DNA from: Candidatus Microgenomates bacterium
GTDB lineage: Bacteria; Patescibacteriota; Microgenomatia; UBA8517
Assembly: GCA_049523135.1 (NCBI GenBank)
Contig: JBEKNE010000001.1
Coordinates: forward strand, 542,809-606,808
Length of the DNA stretch: 64,000 bases
Reading direction: 5' to 3'
Within the stretch, counting starts at the first letter, position 1. Each line of letters starts with the position of its first letter. This document shows, one piece after another, positions 1-10,066 of this stretch. Made by a program: the position numbers and the translations under genes. The notes under the pieces were generated by a model. The model had not been told where the DNA came from. It ran no database searches and worked only from the letters and a program-made list of their open reading frames with translations.

Positions 1-1111
1 GTCTTAGGGCAGTCGTGACGTTAACCTGGCCGTCATAATCGGTTGCAAAGAAATCTTTACTTCCAACCATTGCCAATATTTCTCCGGTTTCCGGATCAAG
101 AACAATTGCGGCACCGTTTGTAATGTGCTGACTCTCAACTTTTGAAATTTCATCGGTAACTATCTGCTGGGCTTGATTCTGAAGATTGATATCCAAGGAG
201 GTTGTTACAGTTAATCCTCCTTGTTCAACAGCGGCTTGTCCGTAAGTGTTTTCAAGAATTTGCTCAACATACTGGACAAAATGCGGAGCATTAAGGCTTG
301 CTCCTTTGGGTTGAAATTGAACATTGGGAAGTTCCGCATCGGCAGCTGTTTCCTGATCTTTTGTGATATAACCGTTTACCTGCATCTGGCGAAGCACATC
401 TTTAGTTCTTTGAATATAAGCGGTAGGGGTTGATGAATAAGGTGAATATGTTGAAGGGGCCTGCGGCATACCGGCAAGGATGGCACATTCAACCAAATCG
501 AGGTCTTTTACATCTTTACCAAAATAAGTTTCGGCTGCGGCACCGACTCCCCAAGAAGTTCCCCCATAAGGAACCTCATTAAGGTACATTTGAAGTATTT
601 GGTCTTTTGTATATTTCTTTTCAATCTGGATTGCCAAAACAAGCTCTTCAACTTTGCGGATAATAGTTCTGTCATTTGTCAAAAGGGTGTTTTTTACAAG
701 CTGCTGAGTTAATGTTGAACCACCCTCGGCTCTCCCTGTTGTAAAAATTTTAAGGAAACCCCTAAGCATTCCGAGAGGATCGAAACCCTGATGGGTATAG
801 AAATTTTTATCCTCAATTGAAATTGTTCCCTCTTTTAAATAAGTTGGTATATCGGATAAATCAACGGGGGTTCTATTTTGATTTGCATAAATATCATAAA
901 GAAGGTTCCCGTTCCGGTCCAGTATTTTTGTGGAAAATCCCGTAGTTCTGACTATTTTATCAGGCGAGGGAAGATTAAAAGCCATCAGGGGCAGAATAAA
1001 AAAGAGGAAAATAAAAAAGGCAATTACAGCAAAAAAACCGATCTTGGCATATTTAACCAACTTGCGACTACGCTTTAACGACTGCCTGTATCTAATTCTG
1101 TCCCTCCACAT
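1..1111 (-). CDS. Penicillin-binding protein 1A-like (glycosyltransferase + transpeptidase), partial; C-terminus lies beyond the window start
   Basis: Manual minus-strand translation from the ATG at 1111-1109 gives MWRDRIRYRQSLKRSRK..TM..EDKNFYTHQGFDP..RAEGGSTLTQQLVKN, the GT51 transglycosylase motifs (EDxxFxxHxG, GxSTxTQQ). The ORF runs to position 1 and is absent from the ORF track because it is unterminated. Confidence 0.75.
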   Translation of the reverse strand, partial: MWRDRIRYRQSLKRSRKLVKYAKIGFFAVIAFFIFLFFILPLMAFNLPSPDKIVRTTGFSTKILDRNGNLLYDIYANQNRTPVDLSDIPTYLKEGTISIEDKNFYTHQGFDPLGMLRGFLKIFTTGRAEGGSTLTQQLVKNTLLTNDRTIIRKVEELVLAIQIEKKYTKDQILQMYLNEVPYGGTSWGVGAAAETYFGKDVKDLDLVECAILAGMPQAPSTYSPYSSTPTAYIQRTKDVLRQMQVNGYITKDQETAADAELPNVQFQPKGASLNAPHFVQYVEQILENTYGQAAVEQGGLTVTTSLDINLQNQAQQIVTDEISKVESQHITNGAAIVLDPETGEILAMVGSKDFFATDYDGQVNVTTALR

Positions 1112-1158
1112 TGATATTCCTTGTCATTGTATCAAAACAGGCTTAATATTAAAACTGT

Positions 1159-2313
1159 ATGGACAAAATTGATGAAGTTTTAACAAGAGGAGTGCAACAA
1201 GTTCTACCGGATAAAAAAGACCTTCATGATTTGATGGCTAAAAGAAAAATTAGACTTTATCAAGGATTCGATCCTTCCATGCCATCTCTCCATCTCGGAA
1301 ATCTTGTTGGTTTAATGAAACTTCGACAGTTTCAAAAACTTGGACATGAAGTAATTTTTTTGGTGGGGAATTTTACAGGTATGATCGGTGACCCTACAGA
1401 TAAACTAGCAACCCGTCCAAAATTAACCCGCAAGAAAGTTCTGGAAAATGCAAAATCATGGAAGGATCAAGCAAGTAAAGTTCTTGATTTTGAAGGACCG
1501 AACGCCGCAAAAATTAAATTCAACTCGGAGTGGTTAGATAAACTAACTGCAAGAGAATTAATCGAAATATCTTCAAATCTTACCCATCAACAGATGATCG
1601 AGAGAGATATGTATCAGGAACGTATCAAAAAGAATGAAGTAATCTACTTTCATGAGCTTCTATATCCAATATTCCAAGGGTACGATTCTGTAATGATGGA
1701 TGTGGATCTGGAAATTGGAGGGAACGATCAATTATTTAACATGTTGGTTGGAAGAACTTTAATGAAAGCAATAAAAGGCAAGGAAAAGTTTGTTCTTACT
1801 ACCAAACTATTAGTCGATTCCGAAGGTAAAAAGGTTGGAAAAACTACCGGAAATGCGCTTTTTCTAGATTCAACTCCGGAGAATTTTTACGCGGGTGTAA
1901 TGTCTTTTCCGGATAGTGTAATCGAACTGGGATTTGAAATCTTAACGGAAGTCTCTATGGATGGAGTTTCAGAAAAGGTAAAAGAAAACCCAATGGCTGA
2001 AAAGAAACATCTGGCCTTCGAGATAATTAAACTACTTTGGGGAGAAGAAAAAGCTAAAGCCGCGGAAAAAAACTTTGAGCTAACTTTTCAGGAAAGAACA
2101 CCCGAATTTAATATTAAAGTTTCACGGCAGGATTCACTCGCCAAAACAATTGTTCCTTTCACAACACGTCAAAGCATGAGCAGTGCCAAGGAACTCATCA
2201 GACAAAAGGCGGTGGATGTTAACGGAAAAAATATTACCGACCCTAACTTTCAACTCAAAATTGGTGATAAAATAAAGGTAGGAGATAGAACTTTTCTAAA
2301 AGTAACTAAATAA
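1159..2313 (+). CDS. tyrS: Tyrosyl-tRNA synthetase
   Basis: YQGFDPSMPSLHLGNLVGL matches the TyrRS HIGH-region; KKVGKT is a KMSKS-like motif; a C-terminal S4-like domain is present; 384 aa. Confidence 0.85.
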   Translation: MDKIDEVLTRGVQQVLPDKKDLHDLMAKRKIRLYQGFDPSMPSLHLGNLVGLMKLRQFQKLGHEVIFLVGNFTGMIGDPTDKLATRPKLTRKKVLENAKSWKDQASKVLDFEGPNAAKIKFNSEWLDKLTARELIEISSNLTHQQMIERDMYQERIKKNEVIYFHELLYPIFQGYDSVMMDVDLEIGGNDQLFNMLVGRTLMKAIKGKEKFVLTTKLLVDSEGKKVGKTTGNALFLDSTPENFYAGVMSFPDSVIELGFEILTEVSMDGVSEKVKENPMAEKKHLAFEIIKLLWGEEKAKAAEKNFELTFQERTPEFNIKVSRQDSLAKTIVPFTTRQSMSSAKELIRQKAVDVNGKNITDPNFQLKIGDKIKVGDRTFLKVTK

Positions 2314-2314
2314 T

Positions 2315-2419
2315 ATGCTTGGCAAAAGAGGTAAAAAAATATTTGTAATTATAACTATTATTGCAAGTCTGGCGCTTCTAATCGGTGCTGTGCTTCCCTA
2401 TATCCTCTACTCACACTAG
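2315..2419 (+). CDS. Putative 34-aa single-TM micropeptide (MLGKRGKKIFVIITIIASLALLIGAVLPYILYSH)
   Basis: ATG at 2315 and TAG at 2417-2419; a charged N-terminus followed by one hydrophobic helix; lies in the tyrS-recG gap. Not in the ORF track (<60 aa). Speculative. Confidence 0.2.
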   Translation: MLGKRGKKIFVIITIIASLALLIGAVLPYILYSH

Positions 2420-2426
2420 GGTATAA

Positions 2427-4448
2427 TTGGCCTTAATGGATTTAATTTCACCAATAACCGACTTGCCGAAAATCGGACCGATTTTTGCACGGAAATTTGA
2501 AAAACTGGGAATAAATACTGTCGAAGATCTTTTTTATCATGTTCCAAGTCATTATCTGGATTACTCACTGGTCACAACAATTAATAAACTCCATCCTGGC
2601 GAAACCGCAACAATTCATGCCGATATCGTCTCTATCAAAAACATTTATTCAAAAAGGGGTCTTAAAATGCAAATTGGGTCGGTGGAAGACCAGACCGGTA
2701 AAATTACCGTTATTTGGTTTAACCAACCATTTCTGATCAAAACTCTCTATCCGGGTCGTCTGGTTTCTCTTTCCGGAAAGGTTGGGTTTTTCAGTAGGAA
2801 GCTTTGCCTGACTTCCCCCGACTATGAAATTTTATCCGACAACCAAAAGGAAACCGTTCATACGGGACGATTCGTACCAATTTATCCCGAAACATCGGGG
2901 CTTTCTTCAAAATGGATCAGAACAAAAATGCGTGATGCATACAGTTCCGTTTCAAATAATATTGAGGATTTTCTTCCAGAGGAAATTTTGTCCAAAAATA
3001 AATTTGTTTCGTTAAACGATGCTATCCAGCAAGTACATTTTCCTAAAAATCTTGAGGAAGCGGAAGCGGGACGCGAAAGACTTGCTTTTAATGAACTTCT
3101 GGGACTTGAACTGACCAGTATGCACCGGAAAATCAACTGGAAGAAAAATAAAGTTGTCAATAAATTAAAAATTAATCAATCGATAATTAAAGAGTTTATT
3201 GAAAAAATTCCTTTTGAACTCACGAATTCCCAAAGAGTGGCAATTAATGAAATTCTGACGGATATGAAAAAAGATATTCCCATGAATAGGCTTCTGGAGG
3301 GGGATGTCGGTAGCGGAAAAACTGTTATAGCGGCAGTCGCCGCTTTTGCGGCATTTATAAACGGATACCAAACCGTAATTATGGCTCCCACCCAAATATT
3401 GGCCGCTCAACACTACGAAACATTTAAAAAACTTCTTTCTCCTTTCAATGTCAGAATTTCTCTGACCACTTCGGACGTTAAAAAATCGGATCTTGGCAGA
3501 AATGATATTTTTATCGGCACACACTCGCTGATTCAAAATAAAGTTATTTTTGACAAAGTTGGTTTAGTAATTATTGACGAACAACACAGATTCGGAGTTG
3601 AACAGAGGAAATATCTTGTCAAAAAAACCGGCGTGCCTCATGTTCTGACGATGACTGCAACCCCCATTCCCCGAACGATTGCCTTAACTTCATTCGGAGA
3701 CCTTGATTTATCCGTATTAATGGAAATGCCGAAAGGACGGATCAAAATAGCTACATGGGTAGTGCCCGAGAAAAAGAGAAAGTCGGCATACGACTGGCTC
3801 AAAACTCAAATCAAGAAACTCAATTCTCAAATCTTCATCGTTTGCCCTCTTATTGAAGACTCGGATGCGGAAACTCTTGAAGACGTAAAATCCGTTACTA
3901 CAGAATTTGAAAAGCTCAAAAAGATTTTTACAGGACAAAAACTCGGGCTCTTGCATGGAAGGTTAAAGCCTACCGAAAAAGATAAAATTCTAAACGATTT
4001 TAGAAAAAGGAGAATTGATATTTTGGTTACAACCCCCGTAGTTGAGGTAGGAATTGATATTCCCAACGCAACCGTAATGGTTATTGAGGCGGCAGAGAGA
4101 TTCGGGTTGGCACAGCTTCACCAGCTGCGGGGAAGGGTTGGCCGGGGAAACGTTAAATCTTACTGTTTGCTCTTCTCCAATTTTCACTCAGGTACGGCTT
4201 TTCAAAGACTCAAGGCTATGGAAAAATCCAATTCCGGATTTGAACTTGCGGAACTTGACTTAAAACTAAGAGGCCCGGGTGAAATATTCGGCACCGCACA
4301 AAGCGGCTTTCCCGAACTGAAGATTGCCAGTTGGAATAATTACGAGCTTATCAAAAAAGCAAGAGATGTTGCCACCGATATCATCAAAAATCCCAAAAAA
4401 TACCCTGCAGTTAAAGAAAACCTCACGGATTCAAAAATAATAAATTAG
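2427..4448 (+). CDS. recG: ATP-dependent DNA helicase RecG (likely true start at the ATG at 2436)
   Basis: Helicase motifs LEGDVGSGKTVIA, DEQHRFGV and TATPIPRT; an N-terminal wedge-domain region; 673 aa. The track start is a TTG immediately after a TATAAT at 2422-2427. Confidence 0.85.
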   Translation: MALMDLISPITDLPKIGPIFARKFEKLGINTVEDLFYHVPSHYLDYSLVTTINKLHPGETATIHADIVSIKNIYSKRGLKMQIGSVEDQTGKITVIWFNQPFLIKTLYPGRLVSLSGKVGFFSRKLCLTSPDYEILSDNQKETVHTGRFVPIYPETSGLSSKWIRTKMRDAYSSVSNNIEDFLPEEILSKNKFVSLNDAIQQVHFPKNLEEAEAGRERLAFNELLGLELTSMHRKINWKKNKVVNKLKINQSIIKEFIEKIPFELTNSQRVAINEILTDMKKDIPMNRLLEGDVGSGKTVIAAVAAFAAFINGYQTVIMAPTQILAAQHYETFKKLLSPFNVRISLTTSDVKKSDLGRNDIFIGTHSLIQNKVIFDKVGLVIIDEQHRFGVEQRKYLVKKTGVPHVLTMTATPIPRTIALTSFGDLDLSVLMEMPKGRIKIATWVVPEKKRKSAYDWLKTQIKKLNSQIFIVCPLIEDSDAETLEDVKSVTTEFEKLKKIFTGQKLGLLHGRLKPTEKDKILNDFRKRRIDILVTTPVVEVGIDIPNATVMVIEAAERFGLAQLHQLRGRVGRGNVKSYCLLFSNFHSGTAFQRLKAMEKSNSGFELAELDLKLRGPGEIFGTAQSGFPELKIASWNNYELIKKARDVATDIIKNPKKYPAVKENLTDSKIIN

Positions 4449-4454
4449 GTTTTA

Positions 4455-4901
4455 TTGCAACTTATATTAAACTCTTATATAATCTCACCCATGCCGAAAA
4501 CCAAAGAAATAAAGGTTTTATATACAATCAAACCACGGAAAGAGTGGATTGAAGATATTCTCGCCAAACTGGATTTAAGAGCCGTTCCTTTCGATGATCT
4601 TGCAAAAGAATTCGGATTTGAGAAACCTTATTCACCTGAATATAACGACCTCATGTGTCTGGTATCTGATTTGATGGTGGATAAAAAAACAAGAGTCAAC
4701 ACAATTCCTGCACAAATAAAATCTGCCCATTTGGAAGGAACGAATATTTATCCGCTTTACCTCACAAACCAAGAGAAAGAACTGATAGAAAACGGTACTC
4801 TTCCAAGAGAGAACGAGTTCATTAATCTGCGATTACTTGCCAGAGAGGAAGAGATGAAAAGAACGATAATTTCCCATTTTTTACACCGTAAAGAAAGGTA
4901 A
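4455..4901 (+). CDS. Hypothetical protein
   Basis: 148-aa ORF with no recognisable motifs; sits between recG and rpmF. Confidence 0.4.
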   Translation: MQLILNSYIISPMPKTKEIKVLYTIKPRKEWIEDILAKLDLRAVPFDDLAKEFGFEKPYSPEYNDLMCLVSDLMVDKKTRVNTIPAQIKSAHLEGTNIYPLYLTNQEKELIENGTLPRENEFINLRLLAREEEMKRTIISHFLHRKER

Positions 4902-4941
4902 TTGCCAAGTAGCCCTTGTTTGATGTAAAATTCACGTTTGT

Positions 4942-5112
4942 ATGGTACCACTACCTAAACGAAAGCACACACGGAGCCGAACCGGAAAAAGAAGAGGCGG
5001 ACAACCTAAAATATCTTTAGGAAATCTGGTAAAGTGTTCCAATTGCGGAAAACTGAAGGAATCCCACCGAGCTTGCCCATATTGCGGTTTCTATGGCCAA
5101 AAAGTTAAATAA
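4942..5112 (+). CDS. rpmF: 50S ribosomal protein L32
   Basis: Manual translation gives [56 protein letters not shown], a typical L32 with a CxxC...CxxC zinc ribbon; 56 aa, below the ORF-track cutoff. Confidence 0.85.
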   Translation: MVPLPKRKHTRSRTGKRRGGQPKISLGNLVKCSNCGKLKESHRACPYCGFYGQKVK

Positions 5113-5114
5113 TC

Positions 5115-5498
5115 ATGAAGACTCCAACTGACCCAAGGCATTTAAGGCGCCGCGAAGCTGTCAAAAGCCTTTTTGCCGAAACCTTTACCACGCAACCACA
5201 CCCACCGGAGCTGGTAGAAAAAATTCTTAAACGAAAGAAAAAGATAGACAAACTTATTACGGTTGCTGCGCCTCAATGGCCGGTTGATAAGCTAAATAAA
5301 ATTGATCTGGCAATCCTGGAACTTGCAATTTACGAGCTCGAAAATGAAGATACACCGCCTAAAGTTGTAATTGACGAGGCCGTTGAACTGGCAAAGGAAT
5401 TTGGCAGCGAATCTTCATCTTCATTTATCAACGGAGTGTTGGGTACAATATATAAAGAAGAGGGAACCGATACCAAAAACAAAAATAATGGACAGTGA
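5115..5498 (+). CDS. nusB: Transcription antitermination factor NusB
   Basis: The [10 protein letters not shown] start and the [18 protein letters not shown]...[14 protein letters not shown]...FINGVLG pattern are typical of the NusB fold. Confidence 0.65.
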   Translation: MKTPTDPRHLRRREAVKSLFAETFTTQPHPPELVEKILKRKKKIDKLITVAAPQWPVDKLNKIDLAILELAIYELENEDTPPKVVIDEAVELAKEFGSESSSSFINGVLGTIYKEEGTDTKNKNNGQ

Positions 5499-5730
5499 TT
5501 TTGATAAAACCAAACAAATAGTAAAAAACGAACTCGCCAGTTTTCTGGGAGTCGACTCGGGTGATATTGAAGACGATTTTTTACTGAAAGAGGATTTACA
5601 TATGAAGGCTTCCGATTTAACTGATTTTATGGAAGTATTGACCAGAATGAATCTCGATACGAGTGGAGTAGATCTGACTGAAACCGAAACTTTTTCGGAT
5701 CTTGTTGAGGCACTAACTTCACACCAATGA
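5488..5730 (+). CDS. Acyl carrier protein-like (phosphopantetheine-binding) small protein
   Basis: ATG at 5488 gives [56 protein letters not shown], which aligns with ACP helix I-II and the conserved Ser (ASDL vs DSLD); about 80 aa, acidic. Confidence 0.55.
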   Translation: MDSDFDKTKQIVKNELASFLGVDSGDIEDDFLLKEDLHMKASDLTDFMEVLTRMNLDTSGVDLTETETFSDLVEALTSHQ

Positions 5731-6398
5731 AAAAAATAGATTTATTGCGGAAAGATTTTAAATCCGAGGCTCTTCTGGACCAAGCCTTGACGCACCGATC
5801 GTGGGTAAATGAGCACAAAGGAGCAAGGGGTTCAAATGAACGCATGGAATTTTTGGGTGATGCCATTCTGGAATTTGTTTCATCAAAAGAAATATATAAT
5901 GAATTTCAGGACAAAGAAGAAGGTTACTTAACCACCCTCAGGTCAAATTTGGTAAATACGGTTGCCTTAGCCGAAGTCGCCAAAAAATTGGATTTAGGTT
6001 CCTCTCTTTTCCTTTCAAAAGGCGAGGAAGATGGAGGAGGCAGGTCGAATACTTCACTTCTTGCCGATACCGTTGAAGCCATAATCGGAGCAATTTTTAT
6101 TGACCGTGGACTGACCGACGCTGAAAAATTTATAAAAGAAAATCTTCTGACCGATGTTGAAAAAAGAGCGTCACAACCCCTGAAAGATGCCAAGAGCAGA
6201 CTTCAGGAATACGTCCAAGCCAAAGGATTTCCTGCACCAAAATATCAGGTAATTGAAGAATCCGGACCGGATCACAACAAAAAATTTGTTATAGAAGTTT
6301 TGGTAAACGGGGAGTCCTGGGGAAAAGGAGAAGGAAAAAGTAAAAGTTCTGCGGAACAGAAAGCTGCTTGTAAGGTGCTCACAAAAAGGTTAAAATAA
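5727..6398 (+). CDS. rnc: Ribonuclease III
   Basis: ERMEFLGDAILEFV matches the RNase III signature ERLEFLGDA; a C-terminal dsRBD is present; 223 aa. Confidence 0.9.
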   Translation: MKKIDLLRKDFKSEALLDQALTHRSWVNEHKGARGSNERMEFLGDAILEFVSSKEIYNEFQDKEEGYLTTLRSNLVNTVALAEVAKKLDLGSSLFLSKGEEDGGGRSNTSLLADTVEAIIGAIFIDRGLTDAEKFIKENLLTDVEKRASQPLKDAKSRLQEYVQAKGFPAPKYQVIEESGPDHNKKFVIEVLVNGESWGKGEGKSKSSAEQKAACKVLTKRLK

Positions 6399-6405
6399 CG
6401 CCCAT

Positions 6406-6624
6406 ATGGTAACAATTCGACTTTCAAGATTCGGTAGAAAGAAAGCACCCTTTTATAGGATTGTTGCTGTTGATTCCAGAAAGAAAGCAATCGGTGGAGT
6501 TTTAGAATTCCTGGGAACATGGAATCCTGCCAAAAAGGCTAAGTCAATCGACAAAGAAAAGGTAAATGCTTGGATTAAAAAAGGGGCAACCGTAAGCGCT
6601 GCCGTCAAAAAACTACTTGAATGA
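6406..6624 (+). CDS. rpsP: 30S ribosomal protein S16
   Basis: MVTIRLSRFGRKKAPFYRIVAVDSRKK is the typical S16 N-terminus. Confidence 0.9.
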   Translation: MVTIRLSRFGRKKAPFYRIVAVDSRKKAIGGVLEFLGTWNPAKKAKSIDKEKVNAWIKKGATVSAAVKKLLE

Positions 6625-6845
6625 AAGAACTACTCGAATTTTTACTAAAAGGGCTTCTGGATAAAGAAAAGTTTGAGATCGTCGAGGCCGAGGATAACGG
6701 AAGAATCCTCTACACTATCAAAACGGATCCGGAAAATGTTGGTCTTATAATTGGAAAGGGCGGCAGGATGATTAAATCTTTAAGAAATACCCTTAAAGTA
6801 AGAGCCACATTGGAAAAAACGGTAGTTTCCCTCAACGTTGAATAA
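6621..6845 (+). CDS. KH-domain RNA-binding protein (UPF0109/YlqC family)
   Basis: GLIIGKGGRMIKSLR is a KH GXXG loop; the gene sits immediately after rpsP. Confidence 0.7.
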   Translation: MKELLEFLLKGLLDKEKFEIVEAEDNGRILYTIKTDPENVGLIIGKGGRMIKSLRNTLKVRATLEKTVVSLNVE

Positions 6846-6848
6846 ACT

Positions 6849-7529
6849 TCATTGACCAAAAGGGGCAGTATTGCCTCCCGACGCAGAGGGAGTAAGAGTG
6901 GAAAAGACGGGTTGAATCAGACTGCTGATTTGAGTCAAAACCTGCTTTTCGGAAGAAGTTAGATCGGTAATCGGCTGGGTAACCGAAGGAATGACACTCG
7001 GATAAGGAGCCCAATAAGTCTTGGTTGTAACGTTAGCGGTTGCCTGTCCACCTGTTTCGCTTATACGGGCCGAACTTACCTGCGTAATGGGTGCAATTGT
7101 CTCAATATCATTTAGAAAAGTCAGAAGAGAATCTCTTGTTCCGTCCACCTGGAAAGTCGTGGTTACATTTGATAAACCGGATGTTGCGGCCGAACCGCCG
7201 GATTTAATATTCGTTAAACTTACTCCATCGCGGGCCGCGATACTTTTCAACTGAGACGAAGCGATTATCAGAGGATTTGTTTCCGGAATCGCAATCGCGG
7301 CTGCACTTATGGTATCTGTTGTTTGCGAAAAAGACTGCAGAATTGAAAGCTTTTGCGTCAATGTTGCCTTAACTACTTCCTGACTTGCTATCTGACTTCT
7401 TAAATCGTTAATTTTTGAAATACCGAAGTTTCCGACTACAAAAAAGAGAATTATAACTATGCTTAGAGGCAGAATAGCTTTCAAGGTCTCCTTGACACTT
7501 CCCGGTAATGATTTAAATAAATCTTCCAT
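6849..7529 (-). CDS. pilO: Type IV pilus assembly protein PilO-like (bitopic)
   Basis: N-terminal TM (LPLSIVIILFFVVG) followed by coiled-coil and Ser/Thr-rich regions; last gene of the pilM-pilN-pilO set. Confidence 0.45.
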   Translation of the reverse strand: MEDLFKSLPGSVKETLKAILPLSIVIILFFVVGNFGISKINDLRSQIASQEVVKATLTQKLSILQSFSQTTDTISAAAIAIPETNPLIIASSQLKSIAARDGVSLTNIKSGGSAATSGLSNVTTTFQVDGTRDSLLTFLNDIETIAPITQVSSARISETGGQATANVTTKTYWAPYPSVIPSVTQPITDLTSSEKQVLTQISSLIQPVFSTLTPSASGGNTAPFGQ

Positions 7530-7532
7530 AAA

Positions 7533-8066
7533 TTATTTTCCAACCATACTTAATCCTACAACGTATCCTCCCGTCGGATTGTATCCAAACGACGTAAGAA
7601 CGACTGATTCAAAAAGATTTGAACTTTCAACCGATTGCATAAAACCGGTCAAATCTTCATTTGATTTGATATTCATTGTAAAACTGACTTTCCCGGAATC
7701 GACGTCCAGCTCACCTATAGAAGTATTTCCCGAAAGGTTTCCGATAAGAGAATATACGTCGGTAATGTTTCCCAAGGCGCTTTTTTGGGATTTTGCACTT
7801 TCAATATCTGAAATTCTGTCTTTAAGAAGAATAATTTGCTGTTCACTTGATTCTTGGGCCGAAACTTCAGACTTCAATTGATCGACACTGCTATTTAAAC
7901 CGTTTAACGTAATCGTACTGTAAACAAAATATGCACCGATTCCAACCGCAAACACCAAAAATCCGACAATAGAAATAACATTCAAAGCCCTAATGGTTTT
8001 TAAAGATTTGATCAGGCTTTTACTTATTAAAAGATTTTCTGGTAGTAGGTTAAAACTGACTCGCAT
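7533..8066 (-). CDS. pilN: Type IV pilus assembly protein PilN-like
   Basis: N-terminal TM followed by a coiled coil (VDQLKSEVSAQESSEQQIILLKDRISDIE); positioned between pilM and pilO. Confidence 0.55.
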   Translation of the reverse strand: MRVSFNLLPENLLISKSLIKSLKTIRALNVISIVGFLVFAVGIGAYFVYSTITLNGLNSSVDQLKSEVSAQESSEQQIILLKDRISDIESAKSQKSALGNITDVYSLIGNLSGNTSIGELDVDSGKVSFTMNIKSNEDLTGFMQSVESSNLFESVVLTSFGYNPTGGYVVGLSMVGK

Positions 8067-8073
8067 ATAAAAA

Positions 8074-9102
8074 TTATTCTCTTAAAGCAAGTCCCGCTGC
8101 TACCCCGTAAAGAGGAGCGTAAGGGGCTAGCTTTTTGGCTGTCTCGGGATCAACTTTTATTCTGGAAAAAGGATTGCCGACTAAAACCTCGAGTCCAAGT
8201 AACTTTGTAAGAGTTGAGATCACCTCGGGCATCCCGCTTGTTCCGCCGGAAACAATAAGCGCACCCGGTGTTTCTCCTTTTTCCTCTTGAAGGTAATAAT
8301 TTACGGCTTTTTTAATCTCGTCTGCAATTAATCTCATAACAGGATCAAGTACGTTTTTAATTTTACCTTCAAGCTGTCCTGCCTCAAGTCCGTATGTCTT
8401 TTTATATTCCTCCGCCTGTTGGGCGTTAATTGCCAGCCCCTGAGTTACTGCTCTTGTTAGGGCCTCTCCGGCAGTCGGAATGGAACGTGAGAATGAAAGC
8501 ATACCCTTATTAACAATCGCTATATTTGTGGAAATTGCACCCATATCTACCAAAAGAACCGTTTTATCAGACGGAGCTAAAGAACGCGCAAGCGCAACCA
8601 ATTCGGTTTCAATTGCAATCGGTGTCAAACCCGCAAATTGAATCACTTTTACATACTTTTCAACAACAGTCCTTGGAGCCGCAACCAAAAGCACCAAAAC
8701 CCCCGGTGGGGAACTTGTTTCATTCCGCTGCAAAATAGTGTGTTGAATTATTGCTTCGGAAACAGGAATCGGAATATATTGTTCCGCCTCCCATTTAACG
8801 GCAGAGGCGATTTCCGTATCGGTTAAAAGAGGAAAACTGATTGTTCTTGTAAAGACTAACGGCTCAGGAATAGAGATTACAACATCTTTTGAGGAAATTC
8901 CGGCTTCCGCATGGAGTTTTTTTATAACTTGTCCGAGTGAAGCCATTTCTTTATCATCAATCATCTTGTCCACGGTAATTCCCGAATAGCCAACCACACC
9001 TGAAGCGGTAAGAGAGAAAATTCCACCTTCCTTCTCAACTTCTACAATTTTGATAGTCTTACTTCCTATATCTATTCCGACCATAGCAGTGTATAGATAC
9101 AT
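8074..9102 (-). CDS. pilM: Type IV pilus assembly protein PilM (actin-like ATPase fold)
   Basis: MVGIDIGSKTIKIVEV plus a second actin-fold phosphate motif; 342 aa. Confidence 0.75.
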   Translation of the reverse strand: MYLYTAMVGIDIGSKTIKIVEVEKEGGIFSLTASGVVGYSGITVDKMIDDKEMASLGQVIKKLHAEAGISSKDVVISIPEPLVFTRTISFPLLTDTEIASAVKWEAEQYIPIPVSEAIIQHTILQRNETSSPPGVLVLLVAAPRTVVEKYVKVIQFAGLTPIAIETELVALARSLAPSDKTVLLVDMGAISTNIAIVNKGMLSFSRSIPTAGEALTRAVTQGLAINAQQAEEYKKTYGLEAGQLEGKIKNVLDPVMRLIADEIKKAVNYYLQEEKGETPGALIVSGGTSGMPEVISTLTKLLGLEVLVGNPFSRIKVDPETAKKLAPYAPLYGVAAGLALRE

Positions 9103-9154
9103 TTAACTACATAATGATCCCTAACGTCAACAAAGAATAAAAACAAAGGAAGTG

Positions 9155-10030
9155 CTACTTGGTTAATCCGGCCGGACTGAATATGGAATTTCCACCGAAT
9201 GGAAATTCCGGCCAGCCTTGGAAAACATTTATCTTTCGGTTGCTGTTTCCGTAACTCCCTGTTGAAGAGTAATTTATTCCCTGTGAAGGTAGAGCGGAGC
9301 CTGTTACAGAAACTCCGACAGAATGAGCAACATCCGTATTATAAAGAAGCTTTATCCTAGCAAAAATGAGTCCATTTTGAGTTGTGTAAACAGCAGAAGG
9401 AATTTTCAAATCAGAGAAGTTTATAGTCTTCTGGAATGCAAAACTTGTATCCCAAGAGCAAGCTCCGGAATCAGGAGAAGCAAAGGAGTTTGAAGAAGCC
9501 CTTATGGAATTGGGGTCATAAGCTGCACGCGCTATTTCGGCAGTTGAGACAACGCCAGGAGAAGTTTCATAATAAATACTGATTTCGATTGCCGGAGTTG
9601 TTGCCGAATCACTAACCGTACCCGAATTCCCCCAACAAACATTCATAGAAGTTCCCGTAAAACATTGATGGGTAGAGTCGCAAATCATATTTCCGTCAGA
9701 ATCGTGGGCAATAAACCATGTTGTCATAGAATCACCCGAAAGAAGCGGAGCAGGGTAAGCAAAATTCTGCGTACTGGCAAGAGCCGTAACGGAAGATTTA
9801 TAAGTGGCGGAGCCAATATCGGTAGAAGTACCCGAACCGGTTCCAATAACCAGGGCATTTTCAATTCCTGCCTCAGCTGCAGAAAAAGCCCTTACGGAAT
9901 CCGCTTGGCCTGAGGAAACGGAAACATCGGTAATTGAACGTGACAGAATATAAAGAACAATTGTTAAAACTACCGCCAAAGAAAGAAGAACCAGCACGAG
10001 GGCTTGCCCCGACTCACTTTTTCGTCTCAT
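9155..10030 (-). CDS. PilX-like minor pilin / pilus-associated protein
   Basis: N-terminus MRRKSESGQALVLVLLSLAVVLTIVL resembles the PilX_N domain; a Ser/Thr-rich body with Cys pairs. Confidence 0.5.
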   Translation of the reverse strand: MRRKSESGQALVLVLLSLAVVLTIVLYILSRSITDVSVSSGQADSVRAFSAAEAGIENALVIGTGSGTSTDIGSATYKSSVTALASTQNFAYPAPLLSGDSMTTWFIAHDSDGNMICDSTHQCFTGTSMNVCWGNSGTVSDSATTPAIEISIYYETSPGVVSTAEIARAAYDPNSIRASSNSFASPDSGACSWDTSFAFQKTINFSDLKIPSAVYTTQNGLIFARIKLLYNTDVAHSVGVSVTGSALPSQGINYSSTGSYGNSNRKINVFQGWPEFPFGGNSIFSPAGLTK

Positions 10031-10066
10031 TAATCCAGTTTAGCAAGGCAGTTGTCTAATTGCAAT

